Of a stretch of 64,000 nt of DNA, positions 18,248-27,692 are shown piece after piece. Origin of the DNA: a virus; the IMG/VR virus record IMGVR_UViG_3300003690_003063, positions 48,059 to 112,058 of that record; one strand, written 5' to 3'. The translations under genes were made by a program, and so were the position numbers. Each line of letters starts with the position of its first letter. Within the stretch, counting starts at the first letter, position 1. A model generated the notes under the pieces. It made no database searches and was not told the origin of the DNA. It worked only from the letters and a program-made list of their open reading frames with translations.

Positions 18248-20194
18248 ATGTCTATTGTACAAAAACTAACCGAAGGGATTATTAACCGAGACCTTGCTCA
18301 AGAAGGTGCTGCTCTCATTACTAAATGGGAGAATACAGGACTTCTCGAGGGAATCGGTGATGATGCCAAGCGGAATAGTATGGCTCGACTGCTTGAGAAC
18401 CAAGCGAAAGAGCTACTTCGTGAGTCTTCGTCCATGTCGGGTGGAGACGTTGAGGGCTTTGCGGCTGTCGCATTTCCCCTCGTTCGCCGTGTATTCGGCT
18501 CTCTGATCGCTAACGATCTCGTCAGCGTTCAACCGATGAGTTTGCCCTCGGGCCTCATCTTCTTCCTTGACTTTACTGTATCCGGTGAGGTTGGGGATAA
18601 CGGCACGACTAATGGTCGTCTTGGTTATCCCGCGAGTACTTCCCTTTATGGTGGTGGCGTGGTTGGTAGCGAGATCACTGGTGGTGTCAGTCTTGCTTCG
18701 GGTGGACTCCCGCAGCAGGGCCCCTATGCCCTGAACAACGCCTACTCGTCTCCGACAGGTTCGGCGGTGATTACAGCGTTGGGGACTGGTGGAGGCGCCG
18801 GCGCGAGACCCCGTGGTAGTGATATCTGGCGTCTGGTTGTATCAGGTGTCGCGGGTGCCGACAACAACGCCACCGGTTCGCACGATACCGCTGTTAATTT
18901 GGGACAGTTGACACAGTTCGACCCGGATCTTTCCGGATCTGCGGTTATTGTGGTCGAGGCGTTGCTCAGTAACTTTGATACGGCAACGTCGCCTTTAAAT
19001 CTAGACGATCTGGTAGCTATTCAGGTTTCCGCTTCTGCGGTAGCTGGCGATACAGCCGGTACCGGCTTCGGTCGGCTCGGTCTATCCGGCACCGTCGGAA
19101 CCCCGATGACTGGAGTTCCTGTTGCTGGCAGCACCATTGGTGCCGTCCGCCTTGCTCGTCGCCTTACTCAGTTTAGTTCTGCGTCCAATGGTGGTATCGT
19201 CGGTGACCGTAGCTCTACCAGGCTTCTGTTTACTTTCTTTAGTAATATAAACAGTGCTGGTGGTACTGCGCTCGATGCTAGACTGCCATGCTCCGGCGCG
19301 TATGCGCGCCTGAGTGGTGGCGTTACTAACTGGTCTTGGCCAGAGAGGGACGTCTTTAGTGCTGCACAGGGTGGTAGTAGCAACGCACTTGGTGCGCTTG
19401 TTGGTAGTGCCAATTGGGGACTTGAGGGTAATCCGAACATCCCCGAGATCGATATCAAGGTCGACAGTGTGTCCGTTACGGCGGTCACCAAGAAGCTCAA
19501 GGCCAAGTGGACTCCGGAGTTAGGACAAGATCTTAACGCCTACCACAACCTTGATGCTGAGGTCGAGCTGACTCAGATTTTGTCTGAGCAGATTGCTCTT
19601 GAAATCGATCGAGAGATCATTGAGGATCTCGTCCGTGGTTCTACGGGCGCGACTCGATACTGGTCTCGTAGCCCCGGGCAGTTCGTTAATCGTCTGACCG
19701 GTCAGCCTGCTGACGGTGGTGCAAGTCCTCCGGACTTCACTGGTAACGTCAGCGAGTGGTATGAGACTCTCATTGAGACTATCAATGATGTCTCGGCACA
19801 GATCCACCGGAAGACTCTCCGTGGTGCTGCCAACTTCGTCGTCTGCGGACCCGAAGTTGCCAACATCCTTGAGTTCACCGCTGGCTTCCGTGCCAACGTG
19901 ACTGCTGATAGTGACCGCGGCGACGCGGGTGCTGTCAAGGTTGGTTCGCTTTCGAAGAAGTTCGACGTTATTGTCGATCCTTACTTCCCACGTCAGTTGG
20001 TCCTTGTGGGCCGACGTGGTAGTAGCTTCCTTGAGAGTGGCTATGTGTACGCACCTTATGTGCCGCTGCAGACTACGCCTACTATCTTCGGTGTTGAGGA
20101 CTTCGTGCCCCGTAAGGGAGTCATGACCCGATATGCCAAGAAGATGGTGCGTCCTGATATGTATGGACTGGTTATCATTCGTGATATAGTTTAA
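18248..20194 (+). CDS. Major capsid protein (T4 gp23-like) with large Gly/Ser-rich insertion
   Basis: LLENQ, PLVRRVF, VSVQPM..PSGLIF, KLKAKWTPELGQDL.AYH.LDAE, EIDREII, YAPYVPL, TRY. Confidence 0.97.
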   Translation: MSIVQKLTEGIINRDLAQEGAALITKWENTGLLEGIGDDAKRNSMARLLENQAKELLRESSSMSGGDVEGFAAVAFPLVRRVFGSLIANDLVSVQPMSLPSGLIFFLDFTVSGEVGDNGTTNGRLGYPASTSLYGGGVVGSEITGGVSLASGGLPQQGPYALNNAYSSPTGSAVITALGTGGGAGARPRGSDIWRLVVSGVAGADNNATGSHDTAVNLGQLTQFDPDLSGSAVIVVEALLSNFDTATSPLNLDDLVAIQVSASAVAGDTAGTGFGRLGLSGTVGTPMTGVPVAGSTIGAVRLARRLTQFSSASNGGIVGDRSSTRLLFTFFSNINSAGGTALDARLPCSGAYARLSGGVTNWSWPERDVFSAAQGGSSNALGALVGSANWGLEGNPNIPEIDIKVDSVSVTAVTKKLKAKWTPELGQDLNAYHNLDAEVELTQILSEQIALEIDREIIEDLVRGSTGATRYWSRSPGQFVNRLTGQPADGGASPPDFTGNVSEWYETLIETINDVSAQIHRKTLRGAANFVVCGPEVANILEFTAGFRANVTADSDRGDAGAVKVGSLSKKFDVIVDPYFPRQLVLVGRRGSSFLESGYVYAPYVPLQTTPTIFGVEDFVPRKGVMTRYAKKMVRPDMYGLVIIRDIV

Positions 20195-20222
20195 TCATAA
20201 CTGACGTAAGGTCAAAATAGTT

Positions 20223-20251
20223 AAAGCCCCGTCTCTTTGAGGCGGGGCTTT
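20223..20251 (+). terminator. Intrinsic terminator after MCP
   Basis: aaagccccgtctc-ttt-gaggcggggcttt. Confidence 0.85.
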
Positions 20252-20259
20252 CTATTTAG
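20252..20259 (+). promoter_or_regulatory. Putative late promoter CTATTTAG (neck)
   Basis: Immediately after the MCP terminator. Confidence 0.7.
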
Positions 20260-20285
20260 TAATAGTTTAATAGGGGAACTTTTCA

Positions 20286-21578
20286 ATGGCTATTCCTAAT
20301 CTAAATCCAGCATCGACTTTAAATGCTAATATTTTACCAGTGACGGGATCGCCGGCAAATGTCGGTGCCACTCTTCCATTTGGCATGTATGCGAGCTCGA
20401 CTGCCTTTTTGTCGGGCGCGTCAGATCAAGTAGCCTATACATATAAAAAGCTGGGGGGCGATGTCTTAGATATTGAACTGGCCGAGGGAAGCGTATATTC
20501 CGCTTACGAAGAGGCGGTACTTGAATATTCATATCTAGTCAATTTGCATCAATCAAAGAATGTTTTGTCGGATTTGTTAGGAGGCGCGACAGGTTCTTTC
20601 GACCAAGATGGTCAAATGACAAGCGGCCCGGGCCCTTCCTCAACAACCGATTCATTGTCGGGCTCAAATATATCGCTTCGCTATCCCCGATTTGATTACG
20701 GATTTATGCGAAGAGTTTCGGAAAGAAGTGTCACAGAGATAGGCCTGGGAGGAACAGTCCCCATTTATTCTGCCTCTTTTACTCGTATTGTGGGACAGCA
20801 AGACTATGACTTACAGACTGTTATTTCCGGGGCGTCCGCATTGAGTTCTTCGTTTCCATTTTTTGGCCAAGTAGAAGACAAAAGAGTCATTATTCAAAAA
20901 GTGTTTTTCAAGACACCGCGCGCGATGTGGAGATTTTACGGATACTACGGGGGATTCTCTGTAGTGGGAAATATGCGCACCTATGGTCAGTATGCCGATG
21001 ATTCTACCTTTGAGATTGTACCGACCTGGCAGAATAAACTGCAGGCCATGGCGTATGAGGATGCTTTATGGACTCGAATCTCTCACTATTCTTACGAAAT
21101 AAAAAATAATAACCTACGCATTTTTCCACGTCCAGATAATACGAGCCCTGAAAAGTTTTGGGTGCAGTTTATTATAGAAAATCAATATGCTCCCTGGGAA
21201 GAGGGGACGGGGCAGCCTAAAGCAGGTATCGAGGGCATTAATAATATGAATACATTGCCTTTCGAGAACGTTCCTTACGAGCATATTAACTCGATTGGGA
21301 AGCAATGGATTCGGCGCTTTGCATTAGCTTTAACAAAAGAAATATTGGGACAAGTACGGGGTAAATTTAGCACCGTACCAATTCCTGGTGAAAGCGTGAC
21401 GTTGAATGCCGCCGCGCTGTTAGGCGAAGCCCGAATAGAACAAGATCTTTTACGGCAAGAGCTCAAGGAAACGCTGGACCAGCTGACTTACACCGAAATA
21501 GCCAGCAAAGACTCTACTCTTCAAGATTCTACCGCCAAGGTTCTTCAAAATGTTCCTACTGGCATCTATGTAGGATAG
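20286..21578 (+). CDS. Neck protein (T4 gp13-like)
   Basis: KLGGDVLDIEL; WIRRFALALTKEILGQVRGKF...VTLNA. Confidence 0.85.
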   Translation: MAIPNLNPASTLNANILPVTGSPANVGATLPFGMYASSTAFLSGASDQVAYTYKKLGGDVLDIELAEGSVYSAYEEAVLEYSYLVNLHQSKNVLSDLLGGATGSFDQDGQMTSGPGPSSTTDSLSGSNISLRYPRFDYGFMRRVSERSVTEIGLGGTVPIYSASFTRIVGQQDYDLQTVISGASALSSSFPFFGQVEDKRVIIQKVFFKTPRAMWRFYGYYGGFSVVGNMRTYGQYADDSTFEIVPTWQNKLQAMAYEDALWTRISHYSYEIKNNNLRIFPRPDNTSPEKFWVQFIIENQYAPWEEGTGQPKAGIEGINNMNTLPFENVPYEHINSIGKQWIRRFALALTKEILGQVRGKFSTVPIPGESVTLNAAALLGEARIEQDLLRQELKETLDQLTYTEIASKDSTLQDSTAKVLQNVPTGIYVG

Positions 21579-21590
21579 GGAGCGCAACCC

Positions 21591-22535
21591 GTGGCCAGAA
21601 GCAAAAGAACAGAAGAGCAGATCAAGGATAAGAAAGCCAATCAGTACGATTATATAGGCGACAAGAAAGTAGCTGACAAGTTACATGAAATTGAATTTGC
21701 ACCTTCTACCTTGGAAACGGTCGATGGTGCGATGATGCGCTTTATTAATGAGGAATTAAACCTTTCTGTTACCACAAATCAGGGATTTAAGAAAGTTCCA
21801 GTTATTTGGGTGTCAGCAGAGAGAGCCTATCAAATTAAGCATAACAAAGATTTGCGCGATAAAGAAGAAATGTTAGTATTGCCCTTGATTACGCTCAACA
21901 GGGCATCTGTTAATAAAGAACCCAACAAGAGAGGGTCGATTTATGCCAATTTATATCCTGCACAAGATGCGAAAGGGGGTGTCATCACTGTTGCTCGCCG
22001 CATAAACCAGGGAAAGACAGCTGAATTTCAAAATGCTCTAAGTAAGAGAAAATTTGGTACCGACGATAGTGTCAAGTCGAAGTATTTAAATACTAATAAG
22101 AGGAATATGTCGACTCAACGTGTGGTTTATGAAACAATCACAATTCCTATTCCTACTTGGATAACAATCAAGTACGAAGTTACTCTTCGAACCGAATATC
22201 AACAGCAAATTAATGAGTTAATCCAGCCATTTATTACGATACCAGGTAATTCTAGAACTCCTAAGCGGATTCATTACGAAAATCATTTTTATGAAACGTT
22301 TATTGAGGGTTCTTTTACTGATGGATCGAACAAAGCAGCTTTGGGGATGGACCGTCGAAACTACGAGCAGACGGTCAATATTGAAGTTTTGGGTTATCTT
22401 ATCGGAGAAGGGGAAAATCAAGAAAAGCCTAAAATTGTAAAGCGTGAAAACGCCGTCGAGTATAGATTTTCAAAGGAAAGAACCATCTTCGGCGATATCC
22501 CCGAGAACATTAAAGATGGATTTTATAGAGAATAA
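21591..22535 (+). CDS. Tail terminator / sheath stabiliser (T4 gp15-like)
   Basis: KVPVIW..ERAYQ, LPLI; position before the sheath gene. Confidence 0.65.
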   Translation: MARSKRTEEQIKDKKANQYDYIGDKKVADKLHEIEFAPSTLETVDGAMMRFINEELNLSVTTNQGFKKVPVIWVSAERAYQIKHNKDLRDKEEMLVLPLITLNRASVNKEPNKRGSIYANLYPAQDAKGGVITVARRINQGKTAEFQNALSKRKFGTDDSVKSKYLNTNKRNMSTQRVVYETITIPIPTWITIKYEVTLRTEYQQQINELIQPFITIPGNSRTPKRIHYENHFYETFIEGSFTDGSNKAALGMDRRNYEQTVNIEVLGYLIGEGENQEKPKIVKRENAVEYRFSKERTIFGDIPENIKDGFYRE

Positions 22536-22556
22536 TACTATTGGAAGTAATTCAGA

Positions 22557-22564
22557 CTATTTAC
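22557..22564 (+). promoter_or_regulatory. Putative late promoter CTATTTAC (sheath)
   Basis: Motif recurrence. Confidence 0.65.
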
Positions 22565-22600
22565 TCTGAAAACTTCTACTGTTTAGGGAGAACGTAGCGA

Positions 22601-25600
22601 ATGTCAGTTAAAAACTACCGATTTGTATCACCTGGAGTCTTTATCAATGAAATTGATAACTCCCAGATGCCCGCGTCGCCGGCGGGAATAGGCCCAGTCA
22701 TCATCGGCCGCGCCGCCAAGGGTCCGGCTCTTAGGCCCACCACTGTTAGCTCTTTTTCTGAGTTTATTAGAATTTTTGGGAACCCCGCTGCTGGCGCTAG
22801 CGGCGATGACGTATGGCGAGAGGGGTCAAGCACCCAAGCGCCTACTTATGGTGCGTATGCTGCTCAGGCTTATCTTCGTAATAGTTCCCCCTTAACTTTT
22901 ATCCGCCTCCTTGGCGTCGAAACCACCGATGGAACGGTGTCCGGCGAAGGCGAAGCTGGCTGGAAGGCCGACAATGCTTATGGCCTTTTTATCTTTGAAT
23001 CAGGGTCGGGCGCGGTGCACACCACAGCATCAGGGTCAGTGACCGGTGCCTTAGCGGCCATTTTTTATACCAATGATAACGCTTCTCCGTCGATCACGGG
23101 AAGTTCGGTTTGTTATGTCCCAGATTTGAGCGCCTGGTCCCCGACCGCGCTCGACGGCCCCCTCCCCTACGGAGGCACTGTGGGCACCGCTTCAACTGAT
23201 CCCCTTTCGAACATCATCGGACGCGCTGGATTTCAGTCGGTGCTTTGGACGAATTTAGCCTCAAATAATTATCAGTTCAAGATGATTATGAGTGGCGCAT
23301 ACGCCGATAACCAACACATTACGGCTTCGTTTAACTTTGATGTCAACAGCTCCAAGTATATTCGCAAGGTCTTTAATACCAACCCACAGCTTATGAATGC
23401 CGCAATTACGGATGCGAGCAATCGCCAAAACTATTTCTTGGGCGAGACGTTTGATCGGTTCCTTAAGGCGAATATTACGCCTGCGCAGGGTATCACGTGG
23501 GCCGCCATCGCGAAGATTTATAATACGGGGTCTTATGGCTCCGGATCTGTTTATAATGACAGCGCCCAAAGTGCCCAGACCCCATGGGTTGTTGGATGTG
23601 ATTTGGGCGATAACCGGATTCCGAGACTCCTGAAGCTCCACGCTCGTGGCCAAATGGGCGATTGGACCAATCGAAACATTAAGATCTCCGTCCAGGATGT
23701 TAAACAATCTACTAATGAATCTACTGATTATGGTACCTTCTCAGTGGTGGTTCGTAAACTCAGTGATTCTGATAATGTTGTGGTTGTATTAGAACAGTTT
23801 AATGATTGTAACTTAAACCCGGAGTCGTTGAATTATGTCTGCCGCAAGATTGGTGACAAGTATCTTAGCTGGCGAGAAGATGAACGACGATATCAAGAGG
23901 TTGGAGATTATGACAACCGCTCCGACTTTATTCGCGTCGAAGTCGCCGGCGATGTAGACGGCGCCGTAATGAACGCTATGTACCTTCCCTTCGGATTTGA
24001 AGGCATCATTAAGTACAAGGATGACACTGGGGCCAGCGTAATTTATGGCTGCGGCGAAGGTGGCGCCGTCGCGTCGACCAATTCTCCGGCCGGCAATTGG
24101 GCCACAGGAAGTGAAGCCCATATAGCGGGACAGTACCCACCCGACAATTTCTTCGTCCCCGGCGCACTCGGAGGCATGGCTACTACCGGCAGTGTCTTTG
24201 TTGTTAGTGGCTCCCGAATGACCGCTTCTGTTTTGTTCCCCGCACCTGAACTGCGCGTGAACGCTTCTGCTGGCGGCCTAGGGGAGTTAACGGATGCATA
24301 TTTTGGATTCCAAACCACGAGAACTACGGCGGGCACTGTTTATGATGCTTCGACGATTGACCTTCTGCGCCCCCGCGGCGCTCTTGTTGCTAACATGTTT
24401 GCTGGCGTTACGGGCAGTGTGAACCGTTCTGTACAGTTCACCTTGGACGATATATCTGGTAGTCTGGGAACGTGGATTTCCGGTTCCCGCGCCGAGTCCG
24501 GCGCCACGGTCGCCGGCACATCGCTTAGTGCGATGGACGGTGCCATCAGCGGTGTTCTGGACGCAGGTTTCGATCGATTTACCATTCCTATGTTTGGTGG
24601 CTTTGATGGTCTTAACATTGATGAGATGAATCCCTTCAGAAATAACGTGATGGGACAAATATCGAGTATTACTGACCAAAATAGCTATCAGTATAACTCA
24701 ATTCGGCGCGCCATTGACTCGACGTCTGATCCCGAAGTTGTTCAGATGAACCTGCTCTCAATGCCCGCGCTCACGCACGAAGGTTTGACAACGAACATGA
24801 TTCGAGTATGCGAAGATCGCGCTGATTCTTTGGCCGTTATTGACCTTCCTGATGGGTTTACTCCACGAGCTGAATCCACCGTTTCCGCGCGGAATAATAC
24901 AGCTAGTACGATTAGGCAGGCAATTGCGAATCTTCGGGCTCGGGGACTCAACTCTTCGTATGCTTGTACGTTCTATCCGTGGGTTCGTGCGCGAGACACC
25001 ATTAGCGGGCAACTCTTATGGCTACCACCTTCTGTTGCGGCTATTGGAACTTTCTCAAGTTCGCAGCGCAAGACGCAGGTTTGGTTTGCCCCCGCTGGTT
25101 TCAACCGCGGCGGCCTCACTGAGGGCGCAGCTGGAATTCCAGTCGTAGATGTGGCCCATAGGTTGCGTCGGAAGGATCGTGACGATCTTTACGCCGCGAA
25201 TATTAATCCCATCGCGAAGTTCCCCGCAGAAGGCATTGTAATCTTCGGTCAGAAGACCCTTCAGGTTACTCCCTCTGCTTTGGACCGGATTAACGTACGT
25301 CGTCTTATGCTTTTCATCAAGAAGCGCATTTCTCAGATGGCCTCTACCATTCTGTTTGATCCCAATGTGGCGACCACCTGGGCACGCTTCACTTCGATGG
25401 TAGACCCCTTCTTGGCAGACGTGAAGACCAATTTTGGTCTAACTGAGTACCGGGTGGTTTTGGATGAGACGACAACGACGGCCGACTTAATTGATAGAAA
25501 TATCTTGTATGCCAAGATTTTCTTGAAGCCGACCCGTGCTATTGAATATATTGCGATTGACTTCAATATCACTAGAACCGGAGCATCTTTCGATGATTAA
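22601..25600 (+). CDS. Contractile tail sheath protein
   Basis: FVSPGV..NEID, WFAPAGFNRG, INPI, IFGQKTL, LDRINVRRL, KPTRAIEYI. Confidence 0.97.
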   Translation: MSVKNYRFVSPGVFINEIDNSQMPASPAGIGPVIIGRAAKGPALRPTTVSSFSEFIRIFGNPAAGASGDDVWREGSSTQAPTYGAYAAQAYLRNSSPLTFIRLLGVETTDGTVSGEGEAGWKADNAYGLFIFESGSGAVHTTASGSVTGALAAIFYTNDNASPSITGSSVCYVPDLSAWSPTALDGPLPYGGTVGTASTDPLSNIIGRAGFQSVLWTNLASNNYQFKMIMSGAYADNQHITASFNFDVNSSKYIRKVFNTNPQLMNAAITDASNRQNYFLGETFDRFLKANITPAQGITWAAIAKIYNTGSYGSGSVYNDSAQSAQTPWVVGCDLGDNRIPRLLKLHARGQMGDWTNRNIKISVQDVKQSTNESTDYGTFSVVVRKLSDSDNVVVVLEQFNDCNLNPESLNYVCRKIGDKYLSWREDERRYQEVGDYDNRSDFIRVEVAGDVDGAVMNAMYLPFGFEGIIKYKDDTGASVIYGCGEGGAVASTNSPAGNWATGSEAHIAGQYPPDNFFVPGALGGMATTGSVFVVSGSRMTASVLFPAPELRVNASAGGLGELTDAYFGFQTTRTTAGTVYDASTIDLLRPRGALVANMFAGVTGSVNRSVQFTLDDISGSLGTWISGSRAESGATVAGTSLSAMDGAISGVLDAGFDRFTIPMFGGFDGLNIDEMNPFRNNVMGQISSITDQNSYQYNSIRRAIDSTSDPEVVQMNLLSMPALTHEGLTTNMIRVCEDRADSLAVIDLPDGFTPRAESTVSARNNTASTIRQAIANLRARGLNSSYACTFYPWVRARDTISGQLLWLPPSVAAIGTFSSSQRKTQVWFAPAGFNRGGLTEGAAGIPVVDVAHRLRRKDRDDLYAANINPIAKFPAEGIVIFGQKTLQVTPSALDRINVRRLMLFIKKRISQMASTILFDPNVATTWARFTSMVDPFLADVKTNFGLTEYRVVLDETTTTADLIDRNILYAKIFLKPTRAIEYIAIDFNITRTGASFDD

Positions 25601-25630
25601 TAATCAACGAGGATTTTATGCCGGTGCGAA

Positions 25631-25638
25631 CTATTTAA
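25631..25638 (+). promoter_or_regulatory. Putative late promoter CTATTTAA (tube)
   Basis: Motif recurrence. Confidence 0.65.
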
Positions 25639-25665
25639 TTTTAGAACTGTAGGAGAACTAAACTA

Positions 25666-26232
25666 ATGCCATTTTGGACAAGCGCTTTATCGGAACCGAA
25701 AAGACAACATAGATTTATCTTGAGGTTGCCCAACCTAATCTCGCAAGACGAGGAACATACGTATGCTGAGTACCTGGCAAAGACGTTTACAAAGCCCTCC
25801 TACTCGATTACTAGCACCGAACACAAGTTTCTTGGAAACACGTATTACTACCCTGGCACCGTGGCATGGGGAGATTGCGCGGCCTCGATTGTTAACTCGT
25901 TGACGCCCGATGGAAATAAGCTTTTATACGATGCCCTCTCAAAATCTGGATATCTTAAGCCAGATCAACAGTTGGATGCCTTGATTGAAGGAAATGTTGG
26001 GACAGTTAATAAGGCTAGCGCCCTCGGCGCGCTGGGACAGGTAGAGATTGACGAGCTCACCGGTACAGGAGAAGTTGCCGGGCGCTGGAAGTTACAAAAT
26101 GCTTTTATCCTGGATGCTAAATTCGGCGATCTCGATTATTCCGGCGATGAATTACTTAATATTGATATGACTTTCAAGTATGATTGGGCTACATATGAAT
26201 CTTTTACTGTGGTAACTGATCCCACGGAATAG
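25666..26232 (+). CDS. Tail tube protein (gp19-like)
   Basis: EPKRQHRF, YYPG...W, WKLQNAF...FGDLDY...YDWA. Confidence 0.9.
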   Translation: MPFWTSALSEPKRQHRFILRLPNLISQDEEHTYAEYLAKTFTKPSYSITSTEHKFLGNTYYYPGTVAWGDCAASIVNSLTPDGNKLLYDALSKSGYLKPDQQLDALIEGNVGTVNKASALGALGQVEIDELTGTGEVAGRWKLQNAFILDAKFGDLDYSGDELLNIDMTFKYDWATYESFTVVTDPTE

Positions 26233-26256
26233 GCAAAATAAGAAAGAAGGTGCCGA

Positions 26257-27123
26257 ATGGCAAGAAGAAACTCAGAACGACTACAACCTCACCACGAACC
26301 AAATAGCGACGAATCACCTCCCCCTCCTGCAGTTAACCCCTCCGAAGGAGGGAACGTCTTTTCCTTTGTAACACCTACAGAATTTGTAGAGCTTCCTAGT
26401 AAAGGCGCTCACTATAATGAGGACCATCCCCTACGCGGCGCAGATACTATAGAAATCCGCCACATGACTGCCAAAGAAGAGGATATTTTAACTTCGGAAG
26501 CACTTATACGCAAGGGTCTCGCTCTTGATCGACTGTTACAGGCCGTCATAATGGACAAATCAATAAATGTGAATGATCTCCTGGTAGGAGATAAAAATGC
26601 TATCCTTATTGCCTGTCGAAAGACGGGGTATGGTTCGAGTTATGAAACCACAGTGGTATGCCCCACTTGTATGACAAGCGCAGAGTCTGTTCTTGATTTG
26701 GATGATCTCGTCATCAAGGAATCCAAGAACTTACCAGAAAATGTGAGCGAGAATGCGAATGGTAACTATACTATTCGTTTTGAAGATATTGATCTTAATC
26801 TAGAAGTGCGTCTTTTAAGAGGTTCCGATGAAAAGCGCGTGGCCCAGTTACGGGACAACCGTAAAAAGCGCAAGCTTCCGTCAGCAAATATTACGGATCA
26901 GCTAGTTGCCATAATCGTGTCTATTAATGGTATGACAGAAGCCGCTATTATTAAACAATTCGTGGAACGCGTGCCCGCCATCCTTTCACGACAGATCAGG
27001 ACAATTTATGACGAACTAACTCCAGATTTGGATTTAAGTTTTGAGTTTGAATGTGATGAATGTAATTATGTGGGGAAAGTAGGTATGCCGTTGACGGCAG
27101 ACTTTTTTTGGCCTCAATCATAA
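26257..27123 (+). CDS. Baseplate hub assembly / tail assembly chaperone (T4 gp26-like)
   Basis: VELPSKG, IRHMTAKEEDIL, CPTC/CDEC, ends DFFWP. Confidence 0.85.
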   Translation: MARRNSERLQPHHEPNSDESPPPPAVNPSEGGNVFSFVTPTEFVELPSKGAHYNEDHPLRGADTIEIRHMTAKEEDILTSEALIRKGLALDRLLQAVIMDKSINVNDLLVGDKNAILIACRKTGYGSSYETTVVCPTCMTSAESVLDLDDLVIKESKNLPENVSENANGNYTIRFEDIDLNLEVRLLRGSDEKRVAQLRDNRKKRKLPSANITDQLVAIIVSINGMTEAAIIKQFVERVPAILSRQIRTIYDELTPDLDLSFEFECDECNYVGKVGMPLTADFFWPQS

Positions 27124-27307
27124 ATACCAAGAACTAGTTTACGAAGAGTTTTTTATTCTAAAACACTATGGTGGGTGGTCATTTTTTGAAGTCTATAACT
27201 TACCGGTCCAATTACGGCGCTGGTTTCTTAATCGACTCTCCGCTGAGTACGAAAAACAGAATAAGGCCATGGAAGAAGAGACATCTAAGAGCAAGCAACG
27301 GAGGTAA
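27110..27307 (+). CDS. T4 gp51-like hub assembly domain lacking a start codon; predicted frameshift extension of the gp26-like gene
   Basis: Frame reads GLNHKYQELVYEEFFILKHYGGWSFFEVYNLPVQLRRWFLNRL...; bounded upstream by TGA 27092; no ATG/GTG/TTG until the last 13 codons. Confidence 0.75.
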   Translation, partial: GLNHKYQELVYEEFFILKHYGGWSFFEVYNLPVQLRRWFLNRLSAEYEKQNKAMEEETSKSKQRR

Positions 27308-27358
27308 AAGGCGCCCCTTTTTATTTCTGAAACTAGTTATTGTGGAGTTTTATTTTCG

Positions 27359-27679
27359 ATGGTTTCCGACACATTAGTAATTAATTTAAATGATCCTCTT
27401 TTAAAAGAGATAAAGGTCTATACCCAATTTCGAAACCAGGTTAATAATTTACTTCTAGATTTATATTACGCTGGGGTTGAGTTGCCGGTTTCTATCCGCG
27501 GCACCCAGAGCCAAGTGGAAACCTTTTTTAATGCTTTGCGAAAAGAAAAAAATTATATGGATAGCTATATGAAGTATGGGCTTGATGATTCCGTAACCCT
27601 TCGTAACCGACATAAACTAGATAGGTCGGTACACGATTTTGAGAGGGAGACGGGTCTTAAGTGGCCATTTAAAAATTAG
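27359..27679 (+). CDS. Hypothetical tail-module protein
   Basis: GGAG RBS; 106-aa ORF ending LKWPFK. Confidence 0.7.
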   Translation: MVSDTLVINLNDPLLKEIKVYTQFRNQVNNLLLDLYYAGVELPVSIRGTQSQVETFFNALRKEKNYMDSYMKYGLDDSVTLRNRHKLDRSVHDFERETGLKWPFKN

Positions 27680-27692
27680 GGGCACATAGAGA

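Noticed and set aside
27168-27377. 69-aa ORF in the track
   Set aside because: Wrong frame; the overlapping frame 27110..27307 carries the gp51-like sequence
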